The notes under the pieces are model-generated. The model saw only the letters and a list, made by a program, of their open reading frames with translations. It was not told where the DNA came from and searched no databases. From assembly GCF_009914755.1 (NCBI RefSeq), contig NC_060933.1: a DNA stretch of 64,000 bases; one strand, written 5' to 3'. The position numbers and the translations under genes are program-made. Below are positions 39,206-53,003 of this stretch, one piece after another (the first letter of the stretch is position 1; the number at the start of each line of letters is the position of its first letter). The DNA comes from the human T2T-CHM13v2.0 reference genome, Homo sapiens.

Positions 39206-40531
39206 AAGAAACTCTGAGCTTTAAAATTTTTTCAAAATAACAGAGTTAATCACTTAATTTACTTAATACAAAAATACTGTCTCAGGCTCAGATACATGAG
39301 AATGATTAGGGTCAGCATTAGACTGCACTAATTTTAATTCGGAAGACCAAGGTTTGCAGTGTCATGGCTGACATTAAAGAATTACTTCAGTACTTATTCC
39401 ACTCCCATTCTTTGTTGAGTAATGGCTCCAAACAAGCAAGAAATATTTCTTCTCAATTTTTGCCTCCCATAGCAAAAGAGAGCCTTTAGTATTAAAAATA
39501 TTCCCAGGAATTTAGGAACTGAGTAGCCAGAGAGGGTTCTTAATTCATCCATTAATATTAACTGATTTTTTAATCTAATATGCAGCATGCATAAAACAAT
39601 ATTCTGGGCTATAGAGAAATACAGAAATGACCTTTGAGGACAAAAGCAGGTGGCAATAAATTAACATTTAGTAAACACGTCCAGTTGGCCAGGCTGTAAA
39701 CAAATTTGACATCACAGTCAAAATGGAGTTCCTTAAATCTGATGTTTTAAAAATATAAACTTAGTATTTTTTTAATTTGCCAGTTAGAATCTTGTTTTCT
39801 ATTAATAAAAATTAAATATTGATGTTCCAAATAAGAGATTTATTCGATAAAGTAATTACAACAGCGTTCGTTTTTGTCGCTTTCACCCTGAGGAAAAAGA
39901 CAACTCACACGGACAAATTTGTGGGAGCTTAAGATTTTGTTTAGACTGTCTTTGAACTTTCTTTTGTCTCCCTTTTCTGTTAGCAAAGCATTTCCCATTT
40001 CTCTGGGGTTTTGTTCTTTCTCCATTTTCTGATTTTCTGAACTGCAAGATGCATTGGGTGACACTGGAGCCAAAAGCAAGGATGTAAGATTTAACTCTTG
40101 ATTTTGCTACTTTTTGTTTGATCTTGATTAACAAAGTTGATTTTTTCAATGCCCCAATCTCCTCATCTGACAATTAGAATAATAATAACACCTAGCCCTG
40201 AGGATTGTTGACTGGAAAGGAGGTAGATTAAGTAGTCAGTAATAATACATCTATGTCAATTTCTTCAACAATGAGCAGCATTACAATTCTGTAAATGAAA
40301 TCTGTGATTTTAAAAATATTTACAATTGAGATGATAAAACAACTCATTTGTCATTGGAAAATTGCGCTACACCACACAACTTTGTGCTTCAGGTTTTCGG
40401 ATGGAGGTGGCTGCAGACCTTAGGTAACGTCAGCTACCTGTGTTTTCATCCTGGGTATGTGTTCATGGTTGTACTATGCCATTTACACCTTGCTCAGAAT
40501 GGGTCAGCTCTATGAGGAGTGATTTTTAAAA

Positions 40532-40550
40532 TTTCCACTTGAGGGCGCTG
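40532..40550 (+). promoter_or_regulatory. Candidate CTCF site
   Basis: tttCCACTTGAGGGCGCtg; one mismatch to CCASYAGRKGGCRS. Confidence 0.5.
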
Positions 40551-40934
40551 TCTACTTCTGTGCGAATTGAAATACCGCAGATGTCCAATTACACAAGGAA
40601 CGTTTTTAGGCAGCTGGATTTAACTTGTATCAAACTTCCAATTTATTCCAGTGACACGTTGGCCTTCCTTATTGATTGGTGCTCCAGGAGGATGGATCCT
40701 TACTTGTGCTGAACACTTTATATTAGACATTTCATTAAATTTTATTAATCCTTTCAAATATCTTGAGGAGAATACTTATCCCAATTTTATAAATGAGTAA
40801 ACAATCTGAGAAAGGTTAAGTAATTCTCCCAAGCTGTCCTAACCAGTGTGTGATGTAAAACTTAGACTTAGGCCTAGATCACTCAAAGCATAAAACCAGT
40901 TTACATCTAGTTTACATTCTTCCATATTTTCTTT

Positions 40935-41240
40935 CTTTTAAATATATGTGTATTATATATTTGAACATACCATATACACACACATTTATATAAGTGAATG
41001 TATGTACATGTATATTCAAATATATATGCATCTGTGTATGTGTATATATATATATCTGTGTGTGTGCATATTTGGGTATATAAAACATATATAAATGTAA
41101 TTTATAATTTGGTGGGCAAATATAATACATTTAAATGTTATGTATAAATATATTTACATGTACTATATAAATGGGGCTTAATTGGGGGAAGAACAGAAGG
41201 TATCTTATGTATAATATATAAATATTATATAAAAATACTT
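40935..41240. repeat. AT-rich / (TA)(TG) low-complexity region
   Basis: Visible directly in the sequence. Confidence 0.75.
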
Positions 41241-43727
41241 GCCCACTAAATTGTAAAATTACATTTAGATTTTATTTTAAAACATGTCCAAATTAAATAT
41301 CTTGGTGAAGAAAACACAGATACCACTGTTTGCCTGCAGAGGAAATTCTGTTTTCTTGCTGTATAATGCAATAAATGTGCTAAGGCAGAGCCAGCATGCC
41401 CAACTGTTGTATCACATTGGCAAGCTGTAATAAAACGCCAAATTACTGTCTAGAAACAAAATACATTTTTGTTGTTACCAAGAGTTGCTTTAACTAAAAG
41501 GAAGGCACCCTAGCCCTTTAAATAGGTAAGTTCCCCCCCTTCCCATTTCTTGCAAAATCGAATTAGGTAAAGACTACAATAGTATTTGCATTTATAGGAA
41601 ATCAATTCCCAGAGCACAGTAAGCCAGTAATTTACATAAAATTACTATTTCCCAACATAAGTAAAAGCAAAAGGGATAGTATACATTTTTATTTAATTTA
41701 CAAGCAAATGTGTAAATATTACCCATCCAGGTAACCCAGTTGGTGTTTGCCACACCAACCTCTTTTTTAATGGTCTCCAGGTTGGATGCGATTTTCTCAA
41801 ACTTCTCAAACTCAAGAGATCATATTAACTGAAAGGTGATTGAGAAGAGCATTGAAATAATTATCTTTTGAGCTTTGAATAAGCGGTCATGGCCTTCATC
41901 ATATTAAATAGGAAGCCATTATTATATACCTGTTATGTCTGAGGCATTGTGCTGAGCAGTTATAAAGCCCTTTCTGAAAGTAGGGCTTGGTAGGGGGAGG
42001 AGCAGAAGGTATTTGTATCTGAAGGGGAGAGCTGTGGGAATGAGAGAAGTAGATACCACTGAAAAGCTCAGCCTTAACCTCGATGTCTACACTTTGCAAA
42101 TGTTGCCTGCACGATGTTGTGTTGTATCCAATGAGGTAAATGTGCTCCAGGCATTTCAAGGAGAGGAAATGGCAGTGGATGGCCATAGAGGTGCATTTCT
42201 TCTTACTTTTTGGTAGTTTAGCAAGAAACCAGCTCAGTAGGTCTGAGTTAATTCAATAGAAGAACAGGCTGATACCAGAGACTGAGGCTCCCTGCCCCAC
42301 CCCAGCTATTTCTAACAGAGCCACTTCCCTCACCAGGAAGCCACTACTGGTTTTTGGTGGCCTAGCTTTTCCCTGCAGTACTACTTTGCTCCTTTCCCTC
42401 TATGTGGAAGGTTACGGAGGTGGAATTCTTTCCTGTTGCTCTTCTGTGTTATATGCAATGTAGCTATGCCCAGCCTAAGCATAGTCTCCTCTGTGGAACA
42501 GATGAGACTTTAAGAGATTGTGTATGCTCTGCCACTTGTTTGTTTCTAATTAAAAAAAATACATTGTACCTGAGTGGCACTAATGGTATATGTGATCATA
42601 CCCCCTTTACATGACACATCTGTTTATAAAATACTATGTGCGAGTAAGTAGGATAAAGACTACCAAATAAGTTATAATTAGAGTCACAGCTAAAGCAATC
42701 TGTTCTTCCAAATCTGGCATGTCACCTGTGCTCAGAACCATAGAACCAACTAATTCACACCTGTGGATATGTCTGCATAAATATTCCAATGGCTTGACTG
42801 ACTACTCTGCTTGCGATGAAGGAACACTTTTAAGAGCCCAGATCATGAAACAAACTTTGATTTAGGCCCATCAAAGTGGCATTTTTTTGAGAATATATCA
42901 GTGGAAGTGTTAATGTTAGATAACAATATGTTATAAATTTTAACACTGACCTTTAACATTCCAAGAGCAGGAATTGCCCGAGGCTTGCTACTGTCATTGC
43001 CTCTAGTTCTAGTTAAACTAGAGGCTTTCATTTGGTCCTCCAGAGGCACTACTGATGAAATCACTTCGAGAAATGTCAGAATTGGATAAAACATTTTCGC
43101 ACACATTAGGCAGGACAGGCAAACCTGGTGGGCTGATGTCAAAAACATAAAACCACATCATGGACTTGTTTGAAATACTTTGTCTGTCATGTCTACAAAT
43201 ATAGAGGCGCGTAAGACTCATCTTCCTGGCTGAGACCTCACACCTCAAAGGACATATGGGATTGATAGCATTGATAACTCATGGGCTTTTGGATGGAGAT
43301 GTTGCTTTCCAAAATCTGGAAACGAAAAGGGAAAATTATGACCTTTTCTTTCCATGAAAAGAGTTGTATTGTTCTGTGAAAATTGCAATCAGAGAGTCAG
43401 ACAAAGATAAATATATAAGAAAAGTGCTTGGAACGTAAAGCCTCTATGGTAATGACAACCATTTTAGCTCGATGAATTATATAACTAACCAACTGCTTTA
43501 TTTTTTACCTGTTAACATGAACTTGCTTGAAAAAAATCAAAAAACATAAAAATACATACAATAAAAGATGTGCTTCCTTTTTAGTCCTTTATATTAGTTT
43601 CTTTTGTATACTTAGTTTTTTCCTGCAAATATAAGCAAATAGATGTTTATTTTATTCTTATCCCTTGCTAATACATTTCTAGCTTTCCACATATTTCCTG
43701 GATTATTTTGTACTTTTAAATTGTTGG

Positions 43728-44020
<293 letters not shown>

Positions 44021-44264
44021 AAATTGTTGCTATATTATGAGATGTCTCGATTTTAATGACTGTAATATATTCATTGTGATTTGTACCATTTAAAATTATT
44101 TTCAAAAGTGCCCTTTTTGAATTTTTTTTTTTAACTTTTAACACTTTGGCCTGAATTATTTCACCTCTGCTGATTCATTTGATAGTAGTATCACAATTCC
44201 TTTACCTTTCATTTTTTTGTGTGCATATTTGTATGGTATGCCTTTCACTATTATTTCCTCTCTG

Positions 44265-44550
44265 TTTTTTAGAGGCAGAGTCTTGCTCTGTCACCCAGGC
44301 TGGAGTACAGTGGTGCAATTATGGCTCACTGCAGCCTTGAACTCCTGGGCTCACAAGCTCTTCCTGCCTTAGCCTCCTGAGTAGCAAGGACTTACAGGCA
44401 AGCACCGCCATGCCCTGCTATTTTTTTTTTTTTTTAAGAGATGGGATCTTGTTATGTTGCCCAGACTGGTCCCGAACTCCTAGCCTCAAGCAATCCCCCT
44501 ACCTTGGCCTCCCAAATTGCTGGGACTACAGGTGTGAGTCACCGCATCCC
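44265..44550 (-). mobile_element. AluJ
   Basis: Antisense two-arm Alu, diverged. Confidence 0.88.
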
Positions 44551-47500
44551 ATCTACTTTCTACATCAACTTGTTTTAGTAGTATCTTTGTATACAATATA
44601 GACTTGGTTCATATTTTAGTTCAATCTGAAAATTGTTTTCTACTCTTAGGTGAATTAAAGTCTTTTATGTTTGTTAAAATGGAAGATATATTTGGCCGCA
44701 TTGTAGCTAATTTTGGTCACATTCCTTTTGATTTAACAGTGACTACTTTAATGAATCAGCTACTGTCTGGTTTTGAGTGGAGTATTACTGACCTCTGTGG
44801 TTGTGAGGAAAAAATATGATGAGTTGGTTTTTAAATCCTTCTGCCTGGATGTAGTAGGCATCATTTTCAGTCACATTTCATTGACACAAGCAAATTAAAG
44901 CCATTTTAAAACATTTTAAAGCAGGAGGAGGGAAAATATAGTCCTGTCTTTGACCTGGAAGCACAAGACCAGGAATATTGTTCATAGGTGTATGATTGCC
45001 AAATGAAGCTGTCTGACATTTTGATTTCTGATTTTCAAGCTCACTATGTGAGTTACTGGGGTCTTGATTTGAGGATTTAGTTATGCTGGAGATTTGGTCC
45101 AAATATTTTTAGACATTTCGCTCTGTCAATGAATGACTTGGATTATATTTATGCAACTCTGAACAAAATATATTTTGGATATGGAGAAATTTTGAATATT
45201 TAAAATACTTGGCTAATGGAGAAAATGGCAATCATAACAATGATAATGATGAAGATGAATATAATGGGGAAGATAATGACAGGAAAAATAGTGCTTGAGA
45301 ATTATAATCATCATATGACAAATGGCAGAACTTAAAGACTAACGATGTTTATTCAATGGCATTAGGAGTTATCTTTTTGGAATAACAGCTTGGAACATCA
45401 CCGGCCAGAATGCTTTCACTTATAGTTTATGGAACAATCTGTTTCTTTGGGCTCAATTTATTGCAGTATATAATTTATCCTTCCAATTCACATTTTTCTG
45501 TTTATTATTGCAAATATTTTTGTTGGAGTTTACTCGTTAATATTATTTTAAACACTGGTCATTAAAATTTTGCATCTGCAGCTTTAAAATTGTTGCTAAA
45601 AGTGCTTGCAATAGCACTTGCATGGTATCTTAGTTACAGTCACTGTTCAAATTACATTATTTGAATGACTTCTATAAAAATAATTTTTATTGCTGAAGAA
45701 AAATTGTACTGTAGATCTCCTCTCACCTTCAGCATAACATATAAGTCACAAAATGAGCTAAAATTTTAGAGAAAACAGATGGTTGTTCCTTGTATTCATT
45801 AACTGAAATTAGTCATAACAAAATGCTAATTTTGATCAGACTTATGTAATGATACAGGCCAGTATTTTTCTCTGGTGAACCTTAAAGAAAAAGAAAATAT
45901 CAATTACTATTATTTATTGAGTATTTAATATGTACCAGTAATTGTATCCTATCAATAACTTAATAAAGGGGGAATTATTATGTTCATACCCATTTTCTGA
46001 TGAAAAATCTTGTCTTACTCTTCAGCTAGTAGAATAATGGAAGTATGATTGACACATAGGAAGTCTGACTCCAGAATCTATTGTGTGAGAGATGACCTTG
46101 CCACCATGCTTGACAAACTCCCTATCACTGCATTCAAATTGTATTTTATTCCAAGATAAAAATTATCGAGACATAAAAGGAAAAAATAAGGACCTTAGTG
46201 CTCACTTTGCAGTTTTAGATTTATAAAGGTAATTTTCTATTTATCTTTTCATATTTTGCATCAACAATACTTTATTACTACCCTAATTACGTACCAAATA
46301 CTAAGCTCCTGGTAACTAGGAACCTGATTTGTTTAAAAGAACCCCATGTTTCCATTCATTGGAGACTCTGCGTTAGGCATTATACCTTATTAAATCAATA
46401 TCTTTTATTGTTTGTAAACTCATATATTTGGAAAGATCATAACCATTTTATTGGAGATATAAACATTTAGGAACTGTAATCAGCTATACTAAACTGCTAT
46501 CAATAATGAGTCAACTTTATATCTTCTTCATGCCAGAAATGAGTTAATTTTTATGCATATTGTTTTGCTTGTAGCTATTTGTTTTAGCACAATTGGCTGA
46601 AAAAAACTATTCTTCCTTCTTTGAATGGTTTTGACACCTTTGTCAAATATCAGTTTCTCATTAGGCATTTGAGTTTACTTCTGGACGCTCGATTCTCTTC
46701 CACTGATCTACATATGTCTCTTTATAGCAGTAACACACTGTCTGATTGCTGTTTTGTTATTTTCGAACTTTGGAAGTGTGAATCTTCCTTCATTTTTCTG
46801 CTTCATTTTTGAAGGATTGTTTAGGCTCTTCTGGTCCTCTTGCAATTCCATAAAAATTTTAGAATCAGTTTCTCAATTAAAACATCAGCTGGTATTTTTA
46901 TAGGAATTTCACTGAGTCTATAGATTAGTTTGAGGTGTATTAACATTTTACCATTGTTAAGTCTCTGGTCTGTGAATACGGGATGCTGTCCCACTTATTT
47001 AGACCTTCCTTAATTTTTCTCAACAATTTCTGTCAACAAGTTTTCCTTTAACAATTAAAAGCTTAAATGTTATTGAGTTTTCAGAGCATAAGTTTTGCAT
47101 TTCTTTGGTTAAATTTATTCCTATTTTTTATTATTGCAAATGGAACTGTTTTCTTTTATTTTTGGATTATTCTTTACAAATTGGTAGGAATACAATTAAT
47201 TTTTGCATATTGATCTTGTATTCTGAAAACTTGTTGATGAGAAACTTTATTATAATAGTGTTTTTGTGGATTCTTTAGGATTTTTTCTGTACACAGTGTT
47301 GCTGTTTATAAACAGAATTTGTTTTTGTTAGTTTTTCTTTTTCCAACCTGGGTGTGTTTTATTTTTTCTTTTTGATTAATTGTCCTGGTGCAATGTCAAA
47401 CAGAAGTGTTAAAGATGGTTACTTTGTCTTGTACCTGATTCTAGGGAGAAAAATTCAGTCATTCATCAATTAGTATAATGTTAACTGTGGATTTTTTGTA

Positions 47501-49204
47501 AATGTTCGTTGTCCAGTTGAGATTTCCTTCTATTCCTAGCGTGTGGAGTGTTTTTATCATGAAAGGGTGCTGAATTTTGTCAAATGCTTTTTTTCTGTAT
47601 TTATTGAGATGCTCATTTGATTTATTTATTTTGATATGATAATTTACATTGATTGTAAATTATCAGATGTAAAACAACCTTGCGTCTTGAAATAAATCAC
47701 ACTTGGTCATAATTTATAATTCTTACAATATGCTGCTGGATTTCATATGTTAGTTATTTGGTTGAGAACTTTTGCATTTATATTCATAAGAAATTTTGAT
47801 CTGTAGTTCTCTTTTCTTGTAATATCTTTGATTTTGGCATCAGAGTAATGCTGACCTTAATAAGGGAGTTGGGAGGTGTTCCCTTCTGTTTTCTGGAACA
47901 GTTTGTGAAGAACAGTTTCTTTGAATGTTCAGTAGAAATCAGCAGTGAAGCCATATTTTCCTAGGATACTTTGTGGCTATTTTAAAAAATGATAAATTCA
48001 GTATCTTCACCTAGGTCTATTCAGATCGTTTATTTCTTCATGAATCAGTTTCAGTAGTTTGTGTCTTTCTAAGAGCGTTTATTTCTTTTAAGTTATCTAA
48101 TTTGTTGGTGTACAATTGTTCAATGTATTCATTTATAATCCTTTTTATTTATGTAAGGTTGGTAGTAATGTCCAGTCTTTTATTTCTGATTATAATAATT
48201 TGTCTTATCTTTATCTTTTGGTCAAACTAGGAAAGGCTGCCAATTTTGTTGATCACTTTGAGAAATTTAATTTTCTATTCTCTATTTCATTAATTTCCAT
48301 CGTAATGTTTAACTTTCCTTCTCCTTACTTTAGGTTTACTTTGCTCTCTTTTATTCAGCGGAAGTTTAGGTTATTAATTTGAGACATTTCTTGTATATAT
48401 TTTTGTGAGATGGAGACTCGGTCTGTTACTCAGCCTGGATTAATAGGCATTTCCACCTATAAATTTTTCTCTAAACATTGCTTTAGCTGCATCCCATGTT
48501 TTGACACATTGTGTCTTTAGTTTCATTCATCTCAAAATATCTTCTAGTTTCCTTTTTGATATTTCTCTTTTGGCCCATTGCTTGTTTTAGAGAGTGTTGT
48601 TTGATTTCCACATATTTGTAATTTTCTTTAATTTCTCTTTATTATTAATTTTTGTTATGGTATTATAGTCAGAGAACATAATATTACTTCTATCTTTTAA
48701 AATTTATTGATGTTTGTTTTATAGCCTAATATATGGTTTATCCTAAGAAATATTTCATTTATTTTCACTTGAGTAGAATGTCTATTCTGTTGTTGGGTAG
48801 AATGTTCTATGGGTATTTGTTAGGTCTGGTTGGTTTATACTGTTGCTCAAGTTTTCTGTTTCTTTATTGATCTTCTCTTTAGTTGTTTTGCCTATTAGTG
48901 AAAGCAGGATATCTAAGTCTCCAACAATTATTTTGATTGTCTATTTCTTCCTTCATTTGGTTAGTTTTTGCCTTATATATTTTGATGCTCTGTAGTTACT
49001 TTTTACTATTAGTTGTTAGGTGCATACACATTGATTATAGTTATATATCTTGCTAGATTAAAAATTTTATTATAAGAAGTTCCTCTTTATCTCTGATAAC
49101 TTTATCTTTTGTATTAAGGTCTATTTTGTCCGGTATTAGTATAGTTACCCCAGTTTTCCTGTGTTGCTGCTGGCCTAACGTATCTTTTTTCTGTTCTCTT
49201 ACTA

Positions 49205-49498
49205 TTTTTTTGTTTAAGACAGGATATCACTCTGTCGTCCAGGCTGGAGTGCAGTAGCACAATCACAGCTTACCCTAGCCTTGACCTCTTCAGCTCAAAT
49301 AATCCTCCCACCTCAGCCTCCCAAGTAGTTGAGACTATAGCCATGCACCACCATGCTCAGCTAATTTTTGTATGTATGGTAGAGATGGAATTTCGCCATG
49401 TTGCCCAGTCTTGTCTTGAACTCCTGAGCTTAAGCAATCTGCCCACTTTGGCCTTCAAAAATGCTGGGATTACAGGTAGAAGGCACTACACCTGCCCC
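49205..49498 (-). mobile_element. AluJ
   Basis: Antisense Alu nested in the L1. Confidence 0.88.
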
Positions 49499-50892
49499 AT
49501 CCTCTTATTTTCAATCTATTTGTGTTTTTGAATCTAACATGCTTCTCCTGTAAATGACATACAGTTAGATCATGTTTTTTAATCTAGTCTGACAATTTCT
49601 GCCTTTTAACTGGGTTAGTTCCCATTTAATTTGATTCTTGATATTGCCAGATTTATGTCTGTCATTTTGTTTTTCCTTTTCTATAGGCCTCATGTCTTTT
49701 TGTTTCACTTTAGCTTCATTAATGATTTTCTCACTTTTTGAGCTACTCATTTTTAGTGGTTTCTCCAATGTTTATCATATACATTTTAATTTATCCGAAT
49801 CAGCTTCGGATTATGCTAGCTTAATATCCATAATACATAGAAATGTTACTTCTATATAACTCTATTCCCATTTCTCCTTTTTTGGTACTATTATTGTGCA
49901 TGTTATGTCTTTTAATGTTACATGCCAACAATATATTATATTAATTATTACTTTACCACCTATCATTATTTCTTATCCCATTATAGCTTTACTGTGACCA
50001 ACTTCTTCTGTACTGCTATTGACAAATATATTACTCACATATTACATTTCCATGTGCTATAAGCACAACAATACATTTTATATTATTATGCAATTGTGTT
50101 TTAAAAATCTTTTAACTAAAGAAATAGAAAAAAATATGTCATTATGGTTTCTTTTATAATTACATCATTACTCTTACCAGTGCTCTTTGTTTCTGTGAAT
50201 GGAATTGCTATCCAAGGTCATTTAGTTTCAGACTGAAGAATCCCCTTTAATTTTATTGTAAGTCAGGTGTGCTAGCAACAAATTCTCTCAGGTTTTTTGT
50301 TTGTTTGTTTGTTTGTTTTGGGCACTCTTTATTTCACCTCAATTTGGGAATGATAATTTTGCTAGGTATAGGATTCTTGGTTGACAATTTATGGTTTCAC
50401 TGATAACTTTGAATATGTTATCCTCCTGCCACCTGGCCTCCACTGGTTATGGGGTGAGATTTCAGTCATGAAGCTCATTGGCGTTAGGTATGCATTATTT
50501 TTATTTTGCTGCTTTCAACATTTTTGCTTTGGCTCTGACTTTCAGCATTTTTATTATGGTGGATCTGTTTGTGGGTATCTGCATTTTGTCCTACTTAGAG
50601 TATGTTGAGCTTTCTGGATGTGTAAGTTATAGTTTTTAATAAATTTGGGAATTTTCAGTCATTATGTTTTTAAAATTCTTATTTCTTTTTCTCTTCTTCT
50701 GGTATTCCCATTATAAGCAATTGGTGTGCTTAATGTTCTGCATAACTCTGTATTTTTCTTCATTATTTTTTCTCTCTGTTTAGGCTTACATAATCTCTAT
50801 CAATCTATCTTCAAGTTTGGTAATTCTTTGCTTTCTTCAAATCTAGTATTCAGCACCTCTAATGCATTTCTTAAAAATTTCAGTTACTGCGC

Positions 50893-51251
50893 TTTTTATT
50901 TTATTTATTTATTTATTCATTTTTTGAGACAAGGTCTCACTCTGCTGCCCAAGCTGGAGTTCAGTGGTGAGATCTCAGCTCACTGCAACCTCTGCCTCCT
51001 GGATCAAGGGGTCCTCCCACCTCAGACTCCTGAGTAGCTGGGACTACAGGCACATGCCGCACATCTAGTAATTTCTTTTTTTCTTTTTTTCTTTCTTCTT
51101 CTTCTTCCTTTTTTTTTTTTTTTTTTTTTTTTTTGTAGAAACAGGGTTTTGCCATGTTGCACAGGTTGGCCTCGAACTCCTGGTCTCAAGCAATCTGTAG
51201 GCCTCAGCCTCCCAAAATGCTAGAGTTACAAGCATGGGTCACTACACCTGG
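50893..51251 (-). mobile_element. AluJ with expanded middle A-rich linker
   Basis: Antisense Alu; ~60-nt T/CTT run at 51073-51134. Confidence 0.88.
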
Positions 51252-52715
51252 AATACTGCACTTTTTAACTTCTCATTTCTATTTTTCTTTTTAAAAACTT
51301 CCTAACTCTTTGTTGATATTCGTTAATCAGTGCAGCATTGCCATCATATGTCCTTTTATTTCTTTAATCATGCTTTCCTGTAGTTCTGTGAACACATTTA
51401 TAATGGTTACTTTGAAATTATTTTCTCTAAATCTGACATCCTCCCACACTCACAGGCAGTGTCTGTTGCTTTCCGTCCACTCTATCCCCCACCAATATAT
51501 GGATCTTTGCTGTTTCTTGGCATGTCTCAAAATACTTTTTTGGAAATGATATTTTAGATAATATATTGTAGTAATTCTGGGTATTCTTCCCCTCCTTACT
51601 GGTCTTATTATTGTTATTTGCTTGTTTATTTGTGTAGTAAGTGGTTGGATTATTTTACTAAAATGTGTTCTCCCCGACTTCTAATATTGAACCTCTGATG
51701 TTGCTCTTCAGGGAGGCACAGGGATAACAATAGTGCTTATAGAATTCTCTTCCACTCTTTTCCAGACTACACATCCAGATATTAAACTCCACTAATTTTC
51801 AGTTGATTTTTTGTTCTCAGCAGTACTTTGGACATACATTCCTTTACGAACTAATTAAATCAAATTTTAGCTCCTTCAATGGATAGGATAGTTTCTGCAG
51901 TCACTGTTCAGATATTTGTTCTGATCTCAGGAGGACTTCTCCCAGTTTTCTTATTTCTAGGTTCTCTCTGATAGGATAGCCAGTCTATCCTGTAGTTTAG
52001 GCTGTATTTTCATTAGATCAATGAATCTCTCCTCACCACAATCTCCATTGTTCATGAGAGTGCCTTTAGGTTTAAATTTGTCTATGTTCTGGTGCAAATG
52101 AAGTCAGTTCTTTTGAAAATAAATGAGGATCCATCTGTTTTCCAGTTTGCTGAAAAAATCTCTGAGCCAAGGTCTTAAGCTGACAGTGGCAAACACTTCT
52201 CTGAGTCACGACACTTCTGTTCTTGAAGCTGAATGCTTGGTGGAGGGATGCAGATAGCTTAGAGATGGAAATGGAGAATATAGAAGAGCAAGGAGGAACG
52301 CTGTGATACTGCATTAGAATTACAACTATCAGAGTAAACATCATACACACACACATACACACACATATACACACACACCCTCTTACATATAACAAACGGT
52401 CCATTTTGGGGATTTTTCTGACTTTTCTTTTGTTTCAGAAGCTTTAGTAAGAAGAGCTTCTATGCAGTTTTAATCGTTGAGCCAATAATATATATTGCTG
52501 GCTTACTTAATAAATTTTACATTAAACCAGAGACAAATGTTCATCCTCTAAGCAAGCAAGTTGACTTTTCTTTGCCATAAGGATGTATACAAATGTATTT
52601 TCTTACATGCACAGACAGCCAGATTAAAAAAGAAAACATTAAATGCATTAAACTCTCAGCTCTAAGAGGGTACAAACTACATCCCCTTCCTGTCAACTTT
52701 TAAAGATCAATTGAC

Positions 52716-53003
52716 TTTTTGTCCTTGTGATAGTTTGCTGAGAATGATGGTTTCCAACACCGCATGTTCTCACTCATAGGTGGGAACTGAACAATGAGAA
52801 CACATGGACACAGGAAGGGGAACATCACACACCGGGGCCTGTTGTGGGGTCAGGGGAGGGGGGAGGGATAGCATTAGGAGATATACCTAATGCTAAATGA
52901 AGAGTTAATGGGTGCAGCACACCAACATGGCACAGGTATACATGTGTAACAAACCTGCACGTTGTGCACATGTACCCTAAAACTTAAAGTATAATAATAA
53001 AAA
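52716..53003 (+). mobile_element. Short L1PA 3' end with 5' inversion (twin priming)
   Basis: Inverted 52716-52756, sense 52757-53003 with A-tail; TSD aaagatcaattga at 52702-52714 and 53004-53016. Confidence 0.92.

Larger units (their letters stand above)
46540..52260 (-). mobile_element. Large old L1M LINE with nested Alus
   Basis: Continuous T-rich antisense L1 ORF2/ORF1-like sequence. Confidence 0.75.

Noticed and set aside
42558-42570. DMRT-like palindromic core TACATTGTA (possible autoregulation site)
   Set aside because: A 9-mer lacking the flanking consensus bases; expected by chance in AT-rich 64 kb.
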